From: a virus
Reading direction: 5' to 3' (one strand)
Virus record (IMG/VR): IMGVR_UViG_3300045988_128835
Length of the DNA stretch: 64,000 nt
The notes under the pieces: generated by a model
Databases searched by the model: none
What the model saw: only the letters and a program-made list of their open reading frames with translations
What the model was told of the DNA's origin: nothing
Shown here: in pieces, positions 51,246 through 60,500 of the stretch
Numbering within the stretch: position 1 is the stretch's first letter
How the letters are laid out: each line of letters starts with the position of its first letter
Position numbers and translations under genes: made by a program

Positions 51246-51419
51246 ACTTAACGACCGAAGGGAGTTAAGTGAGTGAACGGATTGACAAATTACTTTTTCC
51301 GTCATTGTATTGTTCGCCTAATTGTGTTAAAAGATTGAGTATCGTGACCAAAGGGAACGATGCGAAAGAACTTATAATATTTAAAAACGACTGAACCTAT
51401 CGACTGAAGGGAGATAGGT
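51246..51419. repeat. three hairpins (51246-51270, 51341-51361, 51395-51419) with a conserved 11-nt loop GAC[CT][GA]AAGGGA and covarying stems
   Basis: Stems ACTTAAC/GTTAAGT, ATCGT/ACGAT and ACCTATC/GATAGGT differ in sequence but keep their pairing; the loops are near-identical. Confidence 0.6.
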
Positions 51420-51579
51420 GATGGAGTGACGTTAATAGTTATATTAGGTAGCCAGTGGAGAATTAGGCAGGCTGGTAGGCGAGACGGGCGTCCATGCCCG
51501 TCAGGACAGTGGAGGTACGTAGGTCTGTTCTGTTAAACCAAGGCGATGATAGTTCCATCCTTCACGAAATCGCACAAAA

Positions 51580-51646
51580 AAGCCGGATTATCTTGATATC
51601 GTTCTTCAACCTCCGGTATCCGCATAACGAGTCTCAAATCCGGCTT
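51580..51646 (-). terminator. long hairpin (AAGCCGGAT...ATCCGGCTT) followed by UUUUUGUG on the minus strand, downstream of the 806-aa gene
   Basis: 9-bp closing stem seen, with a U-run on the minus strand. Confidence 0.45.
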
Positions 51647-51679
51647 CGCTTTATTAATATGAGAAATAAAATAATTGTT

Positions 51680-54100
51680 CTAATTGTCAGTGACGCCTTT
51701 AATGCGAAGTTGTATATTGGGAAGCACGGCATTAATCAAAGCCATTTTCTTATCCTCTTCGCTTTCTTTTTCATGCTGTTTATACATCATGCTGTAATCA
51801 CTGTCATCACCATCCTTTTTCCCGTCTAACGTCAGTAAATGATTTACGATGTCCTTACCATACGTTTCAGTCCATGTACGGAATCTCTCTTCCTCGGACT
51901 GTCCCTCCTGGGACGGGGCTTCCGGGTTAGGAAGGGCGGCTGCCACTTCTACCTCTGGAAGTGTTACCGATGCTGCTATTTCAGCATCATCTCCGAATCC
52001 CATTTGACCATACGAAGATACGGAATTTTCTTCAATTTCCAAACCAAGATTTTTAGCAACCTCCATAGCATAATTATAACGGTCATCGTTTCTTATAACA
52101 CTCTTATGAGGACGTCCTGCTCCTTGGTTCCAAGCTACTACAGCATCTTTAAGGTTATCGGCGTTCATGAAGTCCTGCCGGCTGTAGTTGTAATACCCTG
52201 GTCCTTCTTTTCCTTTTCTTGTGTATAAGAAATTAGAATATCCGGTTTTCCCTTCGTATTCATCAGCTAAGAACTCAAGTTGGTCTTTGAATGTTGGTGT
52301 AGAATGACCTTTCTTTTTGGCGTGCTTGAATAGCTTATCCATGCGCTCATTATGCCATTGCTGTATGCCGTATGATGTTCTGTTGTCTCCGTATATGTCA
52401 TCTTTAAGACCGGATTCAGCCATGAGGTTACCTATGATGGCGAGCGCCTGTATTTTAGACATGCCTCGCTTTCCAGTAAAGTATTCATATGCTTCACGCT
52501 GTTTGCCAATTACGCCACCTTCTTTTTTAATATTAGTATTGTACCTCTTTCCATTCCACGTAAATTCCTTAAGACCTCTTTTCCTGGCTTCTTTAAAGGC
52601 TTCGCCTCTTGTAGTGGAAATCGGGTCTTGTAATTCAAGATCGTTTTTTATACCAAGAATGGCATTAATAATATTATCATCCTTTTTATCATCATCATCT
52701 AATTTATCAACATTATTCGAAACGTAAGATTGGCTTATCAAGTTTGATACGCTCTTTCTGTTTTTATAAGTTCCTTCTTTATCTGATGGAGCTTCAAAAG
52801 CATATACAAGTGGATACGAATAATCCGTATCTGGATCTTCTGACATAAATTCGTTTACTGCATGAATAGCTTTTTTGTATTTAGTATCTTTTATACTATA
52901 CTTCCCAGCATCTTGAACATGATCATAAAATCTGTCTATCATGTAGTTGATATATCCACGCTTATCGCTCTTAAATCTTTCTTTATCTCTTTCAAACTCT
53001 TTTGGCGGATATCTTTTATAATATTCTTGAAAAAGTCCCCTAAATTTTCCATCCTCAGATACAGCGTAGGGGTTTCCACCAGATTCTTCAATAATATTTC
53101 CAAGTACGGCTTCTATCTGGCGTTGATTAAAACCTTTATCATATAAAGCATCATAGATCATATTCATCCCTTCTACGTCCATAGTACGATGCTTACCCTT
53201 ACCCACACGCTTCATATTTTCATATTTGGATTTGAATAAATCCCAATCTATTTCCGGCTTAGAAGACTCCCCTCCTTGTTTTTTGGATCTTATCTCCATC
53301 CTTTTATCCAAATCATTCTTGGAATCAATAATGGATCTAAACAGGATCTTGTTTGGATCGCTCTCTTCGTATGGGATTTTATCTTCCACATAATCCCTGA
53401 TTTCAAAAGGATATCCTATTGCATCAAGAGTCTTAGTAACAATCCCTACTTTAATAGGTTGATCATTCCTATAAAAATCATACTTATCCTTTACGACCAT
53501 CCTGCCTTTATCATCACGGTACATGGTAAAACTTGATAAGCCTGACAAATCATTTAAATCGCCGTAAGCATCCGGTATAAAATTGTATTCGTTAAATACC
53601 TGATGTTCTCCGGTTCTGGCTTTTTTTAAAAGATCTATCCCCTCTTCCACGATTCCAAGTTTCCTGCTCGTTACATCCCTTAACTCCTCCAAATCAGATA
53701 CGTCCTTGCCTGCAACTTTTCCATCAATTATCTTATTATCTAAAGAATCAAGCTCCCTTCCATATTTTTTAGCCATTTTCTCCCACCCACCATTTATCCT
53801 GTCAGATATAATGGATTTGATATTGTCTGGTATTCTGACAATCCCATTTTCTTCTTTCAGATTATTTGGTTGGTTTAAGAATCTAAACCAAAGATTCTGA
53901 CTAAAATCATCTACATTGGCTTTCGGAACATCTTGACCAAAAAATTCCATTATTTTGGTTTTTAATCCTCTTTCATTAGCATACACATCAGGTGTTATAT
54001 TAGATGCCAGATATTCTCTAAGTTTTACAAACGGACCAATTTTATTCCATAATGTTTTTGGTTGTTTGTCCTTTACATAATTTTTAATTTTCTTTGCCAT
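51680..54100 (-). CDS. virion protein with two lysozyme-like (phage tail lysozyme / glucosaminidase-like) domains
   Basis: Two repeats of a GNhhxESGxNP...G(L/I)(F/Q)QW-like pattern (AVLGNIIEESGGNPYA...RGLFQ and AIIGNLMAESGLKDD...YGIQQW). Confidence 0.5.
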   Translation of the reverse strand: MAKKIKNYVKDKQPKTLWNKIGPFVKLREYLASNITPDVYANERGLKTKIMEFFGQDVPKANVDDFSQNLWFRFLNQPNNLKEENGIVRIPDNIKSIISDRINGGWEKMAKKYGRELDSLDNKIIDGKVAGKDVSDLEELRDVTSRKLGIVEEGIDLLKKARTGEHQVFNEYNFIPDAYGDLNDLSGLSSFTMYRDDKGRMVVKDKYDFYRNDQPIKVGIVTKTLDAIGYPFEIRDYVEDKIPYEESDPNKILFRSIIDSKNDLDKRMEIRSKKQGGESSKPEIDWDLFKSKYENMKRVGKGKHRTMDVEGMNMIYDALYDKGFNQRQIEAVLGNIIEESGGNPYAVSEDGKFRGLFQEYYKRYPPKEFERDKERFKSDKRGYINYMIDRFYDHVQDAGKYSIKDTKYKKAIHAVNEFMSEDPDTDYSYPLVYAFEAPSDKEGTYKNRKSVSNLISQSYVSNNVDKLDDDDKKDDNIINAILGIKNDLELQDPISTTRGEAFKEARKRGLKEFTWNGKRYNTNIKKEGGVIGKQREAYEYFTGKRGMSKIQALAIIGNLMAESGLKDDIYGDNRTSYGIQQWHNERMDKLFKHAKKKGHSTPTFKDQLEFLADEYEGKTGYSNFLYTRKGKEGPGYYNYSRQDFMNADNLKDAVVAWNQGAGRPHKSVIRNDDRYNYAMEVAKNLGLEIEENSVSSYGQMGFGDDAEIAASVTLPEVEVAAALPNPEAPSQEGQSEEERFRTWTETYGKDIVNHLLTLDGKKDGDDSDYSMMYKQHEKESEEDKKMALINAVLPNIQLRIKGVTDN

Positions 54101-54530
54101 CTTTTTCTTCCTCTAAGAATCCAAACATTTCACCTGCGCAATTACCAACAAATCCGGCTATGTAAGCTGCGTGTTCATCTTCTCCCACCTTAAAGCCAAG
54201 AGACATATTACAATGTTGGCATACCGACATAGCTGCATGAAATGATTCATGACATATGTTTCGCATAATCATATCATTCTCACTTTGAAAATTCCATAAT
54301 AACTTAAAAGCTCTATCATCTCCCTTATCACGAACAAGATTCATAAAAGAGACTTCTGAATCTAAATCGCCTTCATCTCCCCATTCTCTTTCATGATCCA
54401 ATTCTGCATTCTCAAAACGATCACACAATGTTTTGTAATCTAACCCTATGGTGATAATCAACTTTAGTGGATATATCACAAAATCAAATTCTTTTTCTTT
54501 CATTCTTTTTTTTTCAACAAATGTAAACAA
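54084..54530 (-). CDS. small HExxH protein (putative zinc metallopeptidase)
   Basis: CHESFHAAMSVCQHC contains HESFH. Confidence 0.45.
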   Translation of the reverse strand: MFTFVEKKRMKEKEFDFVIYPLKLIITIGLDYKTLCDRFENAELDHEREWGDEGDLDSEVSFMNLVRDKGDDRAFKLLWNFQSENDMIMRNICHESFHAAMSVCQHCNMSLGFKVGEDEHAAYIAGFVGNCAGEMFGFLEEEKDGKEN

Positions 54531-54610
54531 AATAGCCGAAGAATGCCACCATTCATTCTCCGGCTTGTTATGATAAATCTCTTCTTATGAAAACAGTACG
54601 AATGTAAGAT

Positions 54611-56245
54611 TTAAATCTTAATCTTCTTAATTTCATCAATCATATTCTTATATCCGCAGAACTTGCTGTTAATAACATCGAAGATAGATTCTGACCAGCC
54701 AGCTATGTTCAAGATATTAGATCCTCTGTAAAACATCTCACTTCCATATCCTTGAATAGAAATAGAAACGATTTTGCAATTTGGATTCACTTTCTTGAAC
54801 CCTTTCAAAAGTTCGGCGAATTTGCCATATCCATAACTGGAACTTTTCTCCCATACAACAGATTCACCGTCTCCTATCTGCATATCTGAAATAACGTACA
54901 AGTTATCTACTTTGATCTTATCTTTAACGCACTTATCCAAGAATGCAAAAAGACCGTTTTCAGTGTCACCACCGCATTCTCCTCCGGCAGTAAAAGATTT
55001 TTTGTTATTCCATAAAACACCTTTACTTCTATCATATTCGTAATTGATAAGTTTGTCACCAAACATACCAATAAATACGTCAGGAAGCACAGAAGCAATC
55101 ATACAGCCAAACAAGTTGCCAATGACAGCCGTACTTGTTTTGCTAAAGGCAGACACCTCAGAAGATCCTCCCATATCTCCACGTACAGAGCCAGAGTGGT
55201 CAATCAGGATAGCCGACCGCCCCTCCAATACCGGCAGGTTCTTGCAGGAGATGGTTATGGCTTTCTCCAACGCATCTAAAATCTTATATTTGTTACGCGC
55301 TGTTAATTTAGCACGTTTTTTATCCGACTCAAATACAATATCATTATCGGAACCATCAGTGCCTATATTTTCAACCTCTTTGAAAGCTGAAGCAAAACGG
55401 AAAGGAAGCATCTTCGAATTAAGCACCTTCTCTTCTATTGTAAGCTGCCTACAAACTTCATCTATTTGATCAGGTGCGTATTTGATTATGTTTACAAGAT
55501 TACGAACCATATTAAAAATAGGCATACCTTTTACATTAGAAACCACGTCCCGAATAGCGTCACCTAAAGCTTCTTTCTTTTCCTTATTGTCTTTCTTATC
55601 CTGACCGGCCTTAGACATCTCTTTTTCAAGAATCTTGCTTTCGTATAATCCAGACAAAGATCGACCTTCTATAAGATACTGGAAAGCTGTTTTATTAACC
55701 TGATTGCTTTTGGGGTGAAATAAATTCACAAGATCAATCATCGTAATAACCCTACTGTCCATCTTGTACTTGTCAATCCGATACGGATCAAGACCTTCCA
55801 GGGCCGTCTTAAACCCTTTCTTAATAGCGCTGGATATTCCTCTTAACTTCTTTGGATTTTTGTCGTTAAGAGCCGCATAGCAGCCAAGGATTTCGCTCAT
55901 ATCATCAGGACGCATAACGATCTTATTATAGAACCTTGAAGCCCATTCCTTACCCGATGCTTTGCTGGCAAGGACAGAAGCCATAAGATGCGTTACCGAC
56001 CTAAGCTTTCCTTCTTTCCTGACATACAATGCTGTTTGTGCTGCGAAATATGGATCTACTTGATCCATAAGGTCCTTAATCCTGTTCACCTTGTCTTTTT
56101 CTTTCTCATAATAAGAATCAGACAACATGGTAGTCATTACCGTAGATACCAACTCTTCTTCTGCGTTAGGCTTATACGCCTTCTCTCCCATGTGATTCAC
56201 GATCGTAGGTTTAACACCTTCATCCTTTTTGTTAAACTTTCCCAT
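54611..56245 (-). CDS. rsr: Ro60/Rsr orthologue (TROVE domain plus C-terminal vWA domain with MIDAS motif DHSGS)
   Basis: 544 aa (Rsr proteins are about 530); C-terminal ILIDHSGSV...; N-terminal helical-repeat region; adjacent tRNA-like non-coding RNAs. Confidence 0.7.
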   Translation of the reverse strand: MGKFNKKDEGVKPTIVNHMGEKAYKPNAEEELVSTVMTTMLSDSYYEKEKDKVNRIKDLMDQVDPYFAAQTALYVRKEGKLRSVTHLMASVLASKASGKEWASRFYNKIVMRPDDMSEILGCYAALNDKNPKKLRGISSAIKKGFKTALEGLDPYRIDKYKMDSRVITMIDLVNLFHPKSNQVNKTAFQYLIEGRSLSGLYESKILEKEMSKAGQDKKDNKEKKEALGDAIRDVVSNVKGMPIFNMVRNLVNIIKYAPDQIDEVCRQLTIEEKVLNSKMLPFRFASAFKEVENIGTDGSDNDIVFESDKKRAKLTARNKYKILDALEKAITISCKNLPVLEGRSAILIDHSGSVRGDMGGSSEVSAFSKTSTAVIGNLFGCMIASVLPDVFIGMFGDKLINYEYDRSKGVLWNNKKSFTAGGECGGDTENGLFAFLDKCVKDKIKVDNLYVISDMQIGDGESVVWEKSSSYGYGKFAELLKGFKKVNPNCKIVSISIQGYGSEMFYRGSNILNIAGWSESIFDVINSKFCGYKNMIDEIKKIKI

Positions 56246-56273
56246 TTGTTGTTGTTTTCTTTAAAGTGTTATA

Positions 56274-56316
56274 CAAAAAAAGCAGTGATATTACTACCAC
56301 TGCTTGAAAAAAAAAA
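56274..56316 (-). terminator. hairpin AGCAGTG...CACTGCT flanked by A/T runs (U10 upstream and U8 downstream on the minus strand), between the non-coding RNA array and rsr
   Basis: Seen directly. Confidence 0.5.
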
Positions 56317-56335
56317 TATATCAAAATGAATACTC

Positions 56336-56466
56336 AATGAGGGAAAACCTGAAGTTAGTGTAAACAATCAAATAATGGATTTGAACCATTGACACATATC
56401 TTAAAAGGATATTGCTCTACCATCTGAGCTAAATTCGAAGTAACTAACCCCATCACCACTCATTAG
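56336..56466 (-). ncRNA. Y-RNA-like RNA 1: a tRNA-like body (D arm GCTC-AGATGGTA-GAGC, anticodon arm with UUU, T arm AATGG-TTCAAAT-CCATT) with no canonical acceptor stem, held in a long stem (GTTAGT/ACTAAC and AATGAG/CTCATT)
   Basis: Folded by hand from the reverse complement; the 5' leader carries the GTGGTGATGG motif. Confidence 0.5.
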
Positions 56467-56586
56467 TTTCTTATGTCTTTCAAACAGAGGAAAAGCGGAG
56501 ACGGAGAATTAAAATGATATATCGGCCTCATTCGAAGTAACCGTACTCCTCACCATCTGTATATTTTATTAAAACAGGGATAACTT

Positions 56587-56700
56587 GGAAGGTGTTTTAA
56601 AGGAGGTTTTGATCTACCAACTGATCTAATTTTTCTTACATGAAAAATACAGGACTCGAACCTGTGACACAAACCGAAGTATCACCTTCCATCACCACTG
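56587..56700 (-). ncRNA. Y-RNA-like RNA 2 (YrlA-like permuted tRNA module): T arm ACAGG-TTCGAGT-CCTGT, then a 7-bp acceptor-like hairpin ATTTTTC-atgtaa-GAAAAAT, then UA and D arm GATC-AGTTGGTA-GATC; closed by stem GGAAGGTG/CACCTTCC
   Basis: Folded by hand; 5' leader motif CAGTGGTGATGG. Confidence 0.55.
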
Positions 56701-56810
56701 TTTTTGTATTATAATCTCTCTTGATTACGATGCAAATATAGACATTCAAATATGATTTACAAATTAAAATGATTTAAAATAGATTAATTTGAATAAATTA
56801 ACACACAGAC

Positions 56811-56842
56811 AATATAATAGGAAGTATTGTATTGTATATTTG
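56811..56842 (+). promoter_or_regulatory. Bacteroidota sigma-A-type promoter: -7 element TATATTTG (56835-56842), matching TAnnTTTG, with TTG-containing -33 region
   Basis: Exact match to the Bacteroides -7 consensus, 25 nt upstream of the ATG at 56868. Confidence 0.4.
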
Positions 56843-56867
56843 CGTATAACATAAAAAAAATAAATAC

Positions 56868-57479
56868 ATGGATAGATATATTGTTGATTTACTATTAAAT
56901 GAAGACGACTCTCCGTTTAATAGTAAAAATTTTAAAATAATAGAATTTGAAGAAAATGACAATGAAAAAGTATATAACCTATTCAATAAAGTGTACGGAG
57001 AAAATGTAAGTATTATTTTCATTGATAGTGGATTTGGAGTATTAACGTTTATAAATGATAACATGATGAGACAAGTTGATTTGTATATCATGCTGCAATC
57101 TTTATCCGTTATATACGAAGATGCTATAGATGTAATATCCATATTGTTCGGTAAAAACGCATCACTCCTTACAGTATGTAACAAACCAGCCCCAGTCACG
57201 CATGATAAAAATTCCAGTGGTGATATTAATACCTATATAATTAAAGATAGTTCGAGTGGTTTATTTAAAATAGGGAAAAGCCGTAACCCTATTGAAAGAC
57301 TTAAAACGCTATCTATCGGGAATCCTAATTTATCTATAATAGGAGTATGCAATAAAAATGTAGAATTATTAATACATAAAGAATATGATTCGGTAAGAGT
57401 AGGTGGAGAATGGTTCAGAATGGATAATAATGATATTTGTCATATAATAAAAAAATACGGATTTATATGTGTAGAATAA
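56868..57479 (+). CDS. T5orf172 / GIY-YIG-like domain protein, in opposite orientation to its neighbours and in very AT-rich sequence
   Basis: C-terminal GLFKIGKSRNPIERLKTLSIGNPNL...HKEYDS..VGGEWFRMD matches the T5orf172 pattern ending in GEWF. Confidence 0.6.
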   Translation: MDRYIVDLLLNEDDSPFNSKNFKIIEFEENDNEKVYNLFNKVYGENVSIIFIDSGFGVLTFINDNMMRQVDLYIMLQSLSVIYEDAIDVISILFGKNASLLTVCNKPAPVTHDKNSSGDINTYIIKDSSSGLFKIGKSRNPIERLKTLSIGNPNLSIIGVCNKNVELLIHKEYDSVRVGGEWFRMDNNDICHIIKKYGFICVE

Positions 57480-57483
57480 AAAA

Positions 57484-57514
57484 TTACCCTCTACTTATTG
57501 AAAAGTAGAGGGTA
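57484..57514. terminator. perfect 13-bp hairpin TTACCCTCTACTT-attga-AAGTAGAGGGTAA between convergent genes; a U-run follows on the minus strand (classic terminator for the giant gene)
   Basis: Seen directly. Confidence 0.6.
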
Positions 57515-57522
57515 ATACGATA

Positions 57523-60500
57523 TTATCTATTCTTAATCTTATCTTCAGAAATCAACCACTGGAATATAATTTTCCGGTTGCTAATTACTTTCTTTATCCT
57601 CATCAGCATCCAACTTCCACGCAACCTATCCAGCCATGACCGTCTGAAATTAAGAGCATCAGAATTAACCGACTTATTTATATCGTTATCGTCCTTGATC
57701 CAGATAGGTGTTTCAGATCGGTCGTCGTCAACCCTATTGAAGAAGTCATTTAACTTATGTCTTCTATATACCTCAGTATCCAGGACCTCGGTATGGTCGC
57801 CTACAATCTTCGGATACGATATACGTTGCGCTAAATTATTCTTTTCTTCTGGAACAAGATGAATTTCACCTGAGTTGTTTGTGTCGTTGTAGATAGTTAT
57901 CGTATCTAAACCTACTTTCCTGTCAAGAGTGTAATTCACATCATCGACGTATTTCCTTGCATCAAGCTCGTATTCTACAGAAGCCAGCGTAGAGCCATTA
58001 TATTTCTCTTTTATCGGCACTTCTAATATAAACGGATATGTTGTTCCGTAAAATGTCTGGAAGCTCTTATTCGTCAGCAAATGACTCCATAAGCCGCCTT
58101 CTTCGTCTGATGCTGGGAAGTTTATTCCTGTCTGGAAATATTGTTGCTGTTCTATATAATAGTCAGGACAGAACGAATAATAAGAAATCCATTCTTGCTT
58201 CAGACACGAATATCCGATAGTGAACGACACGTCTTTAAAATACTGTTCGTCTTTTAAAGATATTTCCTTATCGTTTGACAGCACCTCTGTTTCATTGTAT
58301 AAGAACCTTCCACCATCATATTTGTAATATGCCGGGTTCTTAACAGGTATATAATCTTTTTTCGTGATAAGTACCCTCTTATACCTGTTATCCCATCCAA
58401 GAGACAGACCAAGACCGATAAATTTATTGTCTGTATCTTCTTCTGTCATCTCTGTACCGGTTAAGATGTTAGTTATTCCGTATCTAAGAATCTTAAACGG
58501 AAGATGACGTTTAAGCCAATGTCTGATACCTACACTAAGTTCCTTGAGATTACGTCCGTTCGGATCGGTCATAAACACCTGTGCTCTTTTAGTATCTACC
58601 CAGAAGTGACCAAATTCTGAACTAATTATTTCAGTGCTCTGGGTTCCAGAATAACCGAGGTCGGTCGTGTTGTACTCCAGAGGCCGGGACGCGAACAGAC
58701 CGCCGGTGCCCATCTCGGCCTGCCCTGGGGAGGTACGCTCCTTGATTACGTCTATGGCGTTATGGAGTGAAACCTGATCCTCGAATCTGACAAGAATCTG
58801 ATCGGATTCAATACGCTTCATGTGAATAAGCTTCCCGTTGCTGGTTGGGAACTCATGATAGTCCATAGGCTTGTACGTCAGCCACGGATCTGTTTGGCTG
58901 TTTTCAGATACATCAGCCCTACTCCATATAACACCATTAGGACGTTGGTAAGCACAGTCATAAAAACGTCGTTCGTACGTTGCCGGCAATACATTTGGTG
59001 TTAGTGTCATCCTCGACGAATAGATAGGACTTATCTTGTAATCATTATCCCTATGGATAGATACGTTCTTTTCTTGTGTCCACCAAACAAAATCTCCTAC
59101 TTTTGGATAGAATAGTTCATGAGGCTGAGGGCCCTCTAATCTGAAATTACAATTTATTTCAGACTCTACAAGGAACTGAGGAATGCCATAGAACCATGTA
59201 TAAAATCTTCCATTAACGTACCTGCCGGATGTGTCACCATTTAATTCGTATAAGCTCTTCCTGTTTGGATAAAAAGCGTATCTTCCTTTATTAGATGATG
59301 TCCAGCTATTGAAACGTTCGTTATCTATTGTCTCAAGAGCGTCTTCTCCAGTATCATAATTAACAAAATATCTTGGATACCCTACATTTCTGTAATCCAT
59401 GTATGGGAATGGTATCATGTCTCCAATACCAAAAGCGCTATTATAAAAAACAGGGAATTTTCTTTTTAATGAAAATCTGGTTATCACCGTATCGCCACCG
59501 AATATCAGTTTCTTTTCATTAGTGAAAAATCCACATCCACCTATGGAAATCCATTTTATATCTTCTATCTGTCCATATTGATCCGGCCTATATCGCATAA
59601 GTCTCATATACGGAGAACAGATGTACGATACTGTTTTGGATTGCTCGAATGTTCTTCCTGCTACAACATCACTTCCAGCAATAACCGAATCATCTATGCG
59701 GCTACTGTCGTAATTGTAAACATAGTTCGGATATTCCAATAAATATTTCGATTTACCATCTCCTTTTTCACCTGGATCACCAAATGATAAAAATAACGAA
59801 GATTCACGATCTATATTATTAACGAATAAGAAACGTCCCTCATTATCATTTCTACCGGTTCCCCATTTAGAAGACATACTGGCATCCATCATCGGATATA
59901 CGCCAGACTTAATGTACTTAACAGAAGATAAACCACGGGCAAAATTTCGTTCATACTTATCCTGATCTGTTATGCCTATCATTGAATTATATAATCCCAC
60001 AGAAGTATAATACCATGCATGATTACGTCTTGGTCCATTGTTTATAAACGTATTAAGCCAATCATAACGGTACTTACCGTACAATATCGGGCCTTTAGCA
60101 AGAGTCTGACTGATGGTTGACACCATTGAAGAAAACAGCATGGCCACGCTTAAATTAGTCAGGAATCCTCCTCCGGTAAGACCGGCCGACCCTCCTATGT
60201 ATCCAGACTGCGCCCTTATCTGAAGCTCTTCTGCTATCATAGCTGCTATTGTAGCACTTGATTCAACTGCGGCAAGCGACGCAGCCATCGTGTATGCGGC
60301 AGGACCTAAGATAGTCCATTTTGGATGATCTTCTACAGGTACGAAACTGCCCACAGACATTCCTCTTTGAAACCCGTCTATACATACTTCATTTGGAAGT
60401 TCTGGCTTGTTGAAATAAATATCAGGTGAACAGAATGAATACCACACGTTTCCTCCTTTGTCGAAAGGATGGGATATAAACTCGTCTCTTTTGCCAGACG

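Noticed and set aside
56366-56450. Bona fide tRNA-Lys(UUU) gene on the minus strand
   Set aside because: The D, anticodon and T arms are canonical but no 7-bp acceptor stem can be formed (5' TCGAATT versus 3' ATTTGAT). Interpreted as a tRNA-like module of a Y-RNA-like transcript, not a functional tRNA.
57755-57780. Second adapter-like string (translation CLLYTS in ORF 57578-57862)
   Set aside because: Only about 14/18 nt match the Nextera mosaic end, about what chance predicts in 64 kb, and the string lies inside the intact frame of the giant gene. Not an adapter.
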